A stretch of 60,572 bases of DNA, taken from positions 1 to 60,572 of IMG/VR virus record IMGVR_UViG_3300038312_000257; one strand, written 5' to 3'. Every line of letters begins with the position of its first letter. Positions within the stretch are counted from its first letter, which is position 1. The notes under the pieces are model-generated. The model saw only the letters and a program-made list of their open reading frames with translations, did not search any database and was not told the origin of the DNA. This document shows positions 55,244-60,572 of this stretch, one piece after another. Made by a program: the position numbers and the translations under genes. This DNA comes from a virus. Its lineage: Duplodnaviria; Caudoviricetes.

Positions 55244-57304
55244 TTAGCCCGCCTTTTCGGCCTGCTCGTCGGCTTCCTGTTCTTGCGCCTGCATCATTGG
55301 GGCCATGGCCTCAAAGTGCAGCATAAGATGAGCGTTAAACGCCTCTTCTATCATCGGCTGCTCCGCTATAAGCGCCTCGTATTCAGTAGAGAGCCTAAAT
55401 TCGTTGTGACGCTTAATGTGCAGCAAGTGAGAGTCGTAGTAAACAGGAGGAATCAATGCTCCCGCCGCCAACTGCCGATTCTCTCTTTCGGCCTTAGAGC
55501 TGTGAAGCTGGTCATCGTCGTCAACACCTTCCCAGTCAAGGAATTGCAGCATCTCCATAATCCTTGTGCGGGTGGGTCTATCTATCGCCCCAGTATCCGG
55601 GTTGTGGAACAAACCCATACCCAGGAGGTCAAACACCATCTGCCGCCTCTGGGCGGGAGATTCGGATAGGGCAGAGAAGCTGTCCATGATAACATCTTCG
55701 GGCTTCAAGTCGGATGCAGCCCAATCTAAAACATCCACCACATTGTCTTTTCCTGCCACCCTAACCAACCTTGGCATCTTAACAAATTGCTTCAGTAGCC
55801 TGAGCCACTGCGAACCACACTCTATTAGCCCCTCCTCGATGTTGTTTGCTGTATCCGCGAGCCTGGTCTCATCCTGCTCTAAAGCCAATGAGAGGGCTAC
55901 CCCGGACTTGACGCCGGGTGGAGCCTTGGACTGCCTAGACATCTCAGATACCCCAGAGAGTATGGAAAATTCTGTTAACAGAGTCTGCTCCTCAGTCTCG
56001 AACGCCGGGGGCAGGGGAGCATTTTCCGTCCTCCTGGGTGGCTGGGTTCCGGCTCTATACATACATATATAGCCGCGCGAGCCGCCATTAGCCTCCAGGT
56101 CGCCTATATCGACGCTATTTTCTTCTACTACCCAGCCCCCAACAGCACACGAGGCTAGGTATTCGGCTTTCCGGTTCCGCAGAGCGTTATACCTGCGCTG
56201 TACAGGAATAAGTCGCTCTATAATGGTTCTGCCCCAGAACAGACCAGGGCGCTCAATGCAGCTCATCTTAGTAAACGGCAGCCCCAGCTCCCCGTCTTTA
56301 TCCACCTTGTAGGGCAGGGGGCCAAAGTGAAGCAGTTTGTGGTTAGCCACCGCTATGAGCCTACCCTGAGGGTACTCCCTGGCAGGTCGCTCGTGGTATT
56401 CTTTTACAATTGCTGCGTTTTTAAGCGATTCATTCATGCCCGTAGAATAGGTTTTTCCTATAAAGCCCCCGCCGGTCATGAGGTCTTGGAGCCGTATCGC
56501 CTTAGTTTCTTCGGGCGGCACATCTACGCCCCAGACTTCCTTGATTGTTTCCACCGGGTATATCTTGGCGTGTATGATGCTCTTGTTGTCGCTAACTTTT
56601 TGATTGAACGGGCTATCGGGGAATATCTCCGGCGCAGGACAAACTATTGTCTCCAGGTCGCCCTCCCGCATAAACAGCGGTGCTCCGGTTTTCGGGTCTA
56701 TTGCCGGTTCTCCAGTTTCGGGGTCTATCTGCGGCACCAGCGGCCCCGCATCTGGATTCCAGATACTCTTTATACAGCATGTCCCCGTTACCTCTATCCA
56801 CCGCATAATATCGTGTAGTTTGTCTCTGATTTTTTGGTCATGCTGTATGGAGGATAGCAGTTGGGTGCTTACCTTAGTAGCCCTGATGTCAGACTTTTCT
56901 GAGCTTCCAGGCCGAACCTTAAGCACCGGGCGCATCTTCCCCAGCCGAGCCTGCCTAGCTTCTATATTCGGAGCTATGTGATTAAAAACTTCTCGCTCTT
57001 CCCACCAGTAATCTTCAGGAATCCTGTCCAGGGTCTGAGCAACCTCGTTAATCTGGACATACTGATTACCCTCAATGAAGGCGATATTTAGCCTCCATTG
57101 CAGCTCAAAAGGGATGCGCTCCTTCTGCCTTCGTTCAAACTCCTTTTCAACAAACTCAACTATCTCTTTGACGCCTGCCGCTGCGTAGGGGTCCTCTGTC
57201 GGCTGCCCACCCATCCCGCCGCCTTCCCACTCAGGGCTTGGCGGCTCTGACGGCGGAACCCGGTCTTTTTTAGTTCTGATGCCTAAAGTCTCTAAAATAC
57301 TCAT
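55244..57304 (-). CDS. Portal protein
   Basis: After terL; FNHIAPNIE, WGRTIIERLIPVQRRYN, SGVALSL. Confidence 0.85.
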   Translation of the reverse strand: MSILETLGIRTKKDRVPPSEPPSPEWEGGGMGGQPTEDPYAAAGVKEIVEFVEKEFERRQKERIPFELQWRLNIAFIEGNQYVQINEVAQTLDRIPEDYWWEEREVFNHIAPNIEARQARLGKMRPVLKVRPGSSEKSDIRATKVSTQLLSSIQHDQKIRDKLHDIMRWIEVTGTCCIKSIWNPDAGPLVPQIDPETGEPAIDPKTGAPLFMREGDLETIVCPAPEIFPDSPFNQKVSDNKSIIHAKIYPVETIKEVWGVDVPPEETKAIRLQDLMTGGGFIGKTYSTGMNESLKNAAIVKEYHERPAREYPQGRLIAVANHKLLHFGPLPYKVDKDGELGLPFTKMSCIERPGLFWGRTIIERLIPVQRRYNALRNRKAEYLASCAVGGWVVEENSVDIGDLEANGGSRGYICMYRAGTQPPRRTENAPLPPAFETEEQTLLTEFSILSGVSEMSRQSKAPPGVKSGVALSLALEQDETRLADTANNIEEGLIECGSQWLRLLKQFVKMPRLVRVAGKDNVVDVLDWAASDLKPEDVIMDSFSALSESPAQRRQMVFDLLGMGLFHNPDTGAIDRPTRTRIMEMLQFLDWEGVDDDDQLHSSKAERENRQLAAGALIPPVYYDSHLLHIKRHNEFRLSTEYEALIAEQPMIEEAFNAHLMLHFEAMAPMMQAQEQEADEQAEKAG

Positions 57305-57583
57305 TTACTCTTCCCCCTTGCGCTCAGGGCAGCGGATGGAGTGCATTTTACAGGACTTCTCGTTGTCAAACTCTTTACCGCAGTGCTCACAAGCAAACAC
57401 TTCCGCCGCTATGCCTTTTTCTTTCCCGCTCTCAATCAAGGAAACAGCACAATCATGACACAATTGCATAAACAACTGTCCCGGTCCATCCGGGTTGCCG
57501 ATTTTCCACGCCGCCCGATTCCTGCAATTGTAGGAATCGCAAAAAACGCTTTTAATCGGCTGTTCGGTTATTACGCATCTCAT
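57305..57583 (-). CDS. Zinc-finger protein (C2H2/C2HC-like)
   Basis: CDSYNC, CHDC, CEHCGKEF...MHSIRC. Confidence 0.6.
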   Translation of the reverse strand: MRCVITEQPIKSVFCDSYNCRNRAAWKIGNPDGPGQLFMQLCHDCAVSLIESGKEKGIAAEVFACEHCGKEFDNEKSCKMHSIRCPERKGEE

Positions 57584-57600
57584 ATTTCCTCCCCCTCTCC

Positions 57601-59916
57601 TCAGTGATAAGCCCTCGCCTTAACCCTGGTCTTTCTAACGCCCCGCTTGGCCACAGCATCTTTGTGTGCTCTAATTAGCGGGCTTTCCGCCAGGAGTCCT
57701 ATTGATTTCTCAACATGATAAGCAACCAGTCCATAGCTCAGAGAGTCATACTGGTTGTCAATCGAACAATCGGCCACCTTCTCGGGGTCGTGATTGTCTT
57801 TAGGCAGCTTAGGCAGCGTTTCTATTAGGTGCTTACAGGTATTGAATATCTTGAGCTTTGACCGCCTGGTGCCATCCTCATTTTCAATTATCTTGAGATA
57901 TTCATGCACGACCGCCTTCCTCAGCCTGCGGTCAACCACAGCCTTTTTAAATCCTAGCTGCAGACCTCCATCCCGGTAATAATCCAGGAGGTTTTTGCCA
58001 GTTATATCTCGATGGTGCGTGTTCCAGGCATCTAACCCAGCAACACAAAAGTCCAGGTACTCTTTCCCCAGATGCAGCTCTCCTTTTTCGTCGAGGGCCG
58101 CAGTTGAACAAAATTCAACGACCCTGCCCGCCTGGTCGGTATACAGGATTTTGGGGTCGTCCCTGGACCGGGAAAACTCCCGGTAAACGTATACATTCCC
58201 GTCCTCATCCACCGCGTACCAGAGCCATGCGAACGGGTGGTCGTAGCCATTGTCCACGCTTATCCACCTGCGCCAGTGCTCCGGGATGCCGAACGGCTTA
58301 CACACATGGACATCGGAGTCAAACTCAGGAAAGGCCGTAGCCGACCCTGATGAAAATGCCTCGTCCGGTGTACTTGGGTACTCCTGAAGATACGACGCCG
58401 GCAGCGCCGCCTTAGATTCCTGGTACCATCCCATGTCCCGCCTCGGGTCTGAATACCAGGGCAAAAAGACCGGATGAAAGTTGTTTCTCCCTCCCATGGC
58501 CCCCCGCCAGACATCCTCAAAGAAGGACCCTATTTTGGCGGTTGAAATACCTATTACCTTGCCCCCAGTCGGTCTATTTATGACCGGATAAGCCGCCGCC
58601 CATATCTCCTGGGCATACATCTGAAACGCCCACTCGTCCAAAATAACCAGCGATGCGGTGAAACTCCGCGCGCTGTCCGGCGAACTAGTAAAGCTTGTAA
58701 ACATCGCCGGAACCTTGGACTCCGGGTGGTACACTGAAACGTAGGTCGTAGTAGCGTCCCAGGTCGGCCCCGTATAGTTTTCCGGTAAATGCTTGTCTTT
58801 TTTCCTGATGATAAAAGGCGGGAGATACTCTAAAATGAGCTTGACCCGCCTCACCAATTCTTTCGCCTCGTCCTCTCTTTTTGAGAGCGCCACCACGGAG
58901 TATCCCGGCTGAAACACCAGCCCATGCACCGCGAACGCCAGCGCCAACCACGATAGTCCCAACTGCCGCGCCTTCAAGACTATGCTCAATTTGTTTTTCT
59001 CGAAGGCCTCCAGCGCCTCCCTCTGCTTCGGCCACAGTTTAAAGAAAACCATCGGGTCGGGCGCGTCCTTGTCCTCGATTTTTACAAATTTTTCAATAAA
59101 AAACGCCCGGTCTTCGCGGGCATGTCTCAGAATAGCTTCGACCTTAGCCGCCGCCTTCAGGACGGTTACCTCATCTACTGAGAGCTGCTGCAGCTCCTCT
59201 TCGGTAATCGGCTTTTTCTTATCGAGTTCCTCCTGTATCTTAATGGCTTTTTTATTGCCTAACTTTACAGCATGCTCGAACCCCTCTTCTTTGGTCATCC
59301 GCGGCGGCGAATCTACGCCTCCCGCTTTATACTCCATGCCCGAGTGCCCCGGCATCCAGCCCCCTGAGCAGAACTCATTTGACGACACTACTTTGCCCCT
59401 GATTATAAAATCTTGCTTTTTATCGTCCCAGACCACGGCACAATCCTCAGTTGTATCTATCGCAATCTGCTCACCATGCTCCGGCTTCATCAGGCCTCTG
59501 CACCTTAGCGCATCTCCAGTTACAACCAGGCTCCGCTTCCCGGACAAAAATCTCTTGAGGTTTACTTGCCCATCGGCCCCCTCCGGGAGAGAAACTTTCC
59601 AATTTCCCTCAAGAACCAGGTCTTTTATCGGCTTCATGTTATACATTTTTCCGCTCTTATAGACCCTGAGCCCGCTTATGTCGCCTTCTTTTTTCGCCGG
59701 CTTCTTGGGCATCTTCTTCTTTTTAGGTCTAGGTTTTTTCTCCTTCTTTATCGGCTCCGGCTCAAACTTCTCCGGAAGCGCCCGCGCTTTTTTGAGCTTC
59801 TCTACGAGCTCTTTCTCCTCTTCCTTTTTTTGGCGTATTGCTGAGATTGCCCGTACATACGCGGGTCTACTCTCTAAAGAAGAGTTCCCTCTCCGCTTAG
59901 CTGGTGTCAAGGCCAT
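57601..59916 (-). CDS. terL: Terminase large subunit with long N-terminal extension
   Basis: LKARQLGLSW, VILDEWAF, SVDNGY, DNQYDSLSY; exact start uncertain. Confidence 0.9.
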   Translation of the reverse strand: MALTPAKRRGNSSLESRPAYVRAISAIRQKKEEEKELVEKLKKARALPEKFEPEPIKKEKKPRPKKKKMPKKPAKKEGDISGLRVYKSGKMYNMKPIKDLVLEGNWKVSLPEGADGQVNLKRFLSGKRSLVVTGDALRCRGLMKPEHGEQIAIDTTEDCAVVWDDKKQDFIIRGKVVSSNEFCSGGWMPGHSGMEYKAGGVDSPPRMTKEEGFEHAVKLGNKKAIKIQEELDKKKPITEEELQQLSVDEVTVLKAAAKVEAILRHAREDRAFFIEKFVKIEDKDAPDPMVFFKLWPKQREALEAFEKNKLSIVLKARQLGLSWLALAFAVHGLVFQPGYSVVALSKREDEAKELVRRVKLILEYLPPFIIRKKDKHLPENYTGPTWDATTTYVSVYHPESKVPAMFTSFTSSPDSARSFTASLVILDEWAFQMYAQEIWAAAYPVINRPTGGKVIGISTAKIGSFFEDVWRGAMGGRNNFHPVFLPWYSDPRRDMGWYQESKAALPASYLQEYPSTPDEAFSSGSATAFPEFDSDVHVCKPFGIPEHWRRWISVDNGYDHPFAWLWYAVDEDGNVYVYREFSRSRDDPKILYTDQAGRVVEFCSTAALDEKGELHLGKEYLDFCVAGLDAWNTHHRDITGKNLLDYYRDGGLQLGFKKAVVDRRLRKAVVHEYLKIIENEDGTRRSKLKIFNTCKHLIETLPKLPKDNHDPEKVADCSIDNQYDSLSYGLVAYHVEKSIGLLAESPLIRAHKDAVAKRGVRKTRVKARAYH

Positions 59917-60391
59917 CACCCCCTGCATCAATCGGCTCAACATCAATAAAATCATCGCCCATAGCTACGGGCGCGCCGGGGGGATAGTATTCAACCTCGT
60001 CATCCTGCGGCTTGAACTCTAAAATAGCTTTCAAATCCGCCGGCCCCAGGTCAGCTAACCTGGTTACCATAGTTTGTATCGGCCCTCCACCGGCCCCGGT
60101 GTGCTCGACCTTCTGAGTCGGCTTCCCGTAGGTGTAAGCCATCAGTAATTCTATCGCTTTGATGCGGTCTTTGGGCGCCATGTCCGAATTTGTTATGATA
60201 TCCTCTAAAACTTGTATGCCCTTTTGGGCAATAAACATGGCGGCGCGGGGCCTCCAGGCAATTTCTTGCAGCGAAACAGAGGCGAGCTTGCCGTTTACCA
60301 TGCTTCGCACCGATAAACCGGTGAACTCCGCCCCTACTACATCTAAAAGTGATACTTCTTGGGCATTTTCGCCCTTCTTTTTTCTAGCCAT
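59897..60391 (-). CDS. terS: Terminase small subunit
   Basis: Upstream of terL; DRIKAIELLMAY.YGKPTQKVEHTGAGGGPIQ. Confidence 0.75.
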   Translation of the reverse strand: MARKKKGENAQEVSLLDVVGAEFTGLSVRSMVNGKLASVSLQEIAWRPRAAMFIAQKGIQVLEDIITNSDMAPKDRIKAIELLMAYTYGKPTQKVEHTGAGGGPIQTMVTRLADLGPADLKAILEFKPQDDEVEYYPPGAPVAMGDDFIDVEPIDAGGDGLDTS

Positions 60392-60473
60392 CTATTAAAA
60401 CATCCCTTCGTTTGACCCGCTTTCCCCCTAGCAGCGGGTTGCCAAACTAAAAAGGGGCGCAGAATTAAGCTCA

Positions 60474-60571
60474 TGCGCCCTTATTAAAAAAAGAGGGAAT
60501 AAAGAGAGAAGAGTTGCACTTAGACACTTGTTACGGTATCTAAGCATGTGTTTAGTTTATATAATAAACGC
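60474..60571 (+). repeat. Terminal direct repeat, copy 2
   Basis: Identical to 1-98. Confidence 0.95.
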
Positions 60572-60572
60572 A

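Overview
The window is an apparently complete, circularly assembled ~60.5 kb temperate phage genome (98-bp direct repeat at both ends). The host is probably a Firmicutes/Clostridia bacterium, judged from Shine-Dalgarno usage, the BhlA holin, the amidase and a tRNA-Lys-like attP. Modules: (i) a + strand early/host-takeover region (ArdA, a GHKL-ATPase/zincin protein, many small unknowns, three copies of a structured intergenic element); (ii) a - strand replication/accessory region (primase-helicase next to an iteron origin, VRR-NUC, SNF2 helicase, nucleotidyltransferase, MazG-like); (iii) a lysogeny switch, tyrosine integrase and attP; (iv) lysis genes; (v) a podovirus-like virion module with a 4045-aa polyvalent protein. 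The main finding is at 23800-25392: a nuclease-less IS110/Nop-domain protein followed directly by a non-coding array of 17 ~36-nt units, each with two alternating 10-nt repeats and two ~8-nt variable segments. This is a TIGR-Tas-like (TasA-type) RNA-guided system inside the phage lytic-switch operon. The second is a collapsed diversity-generating retroelement: a tail-fibre variable region with an adenine-mutagenesis signature and hairpin, followed by an apparent in-frame Avd-N/RT-C fusion scar with no template repeat or RT core. All calls come from motif recognition by eye; no database searches were run.
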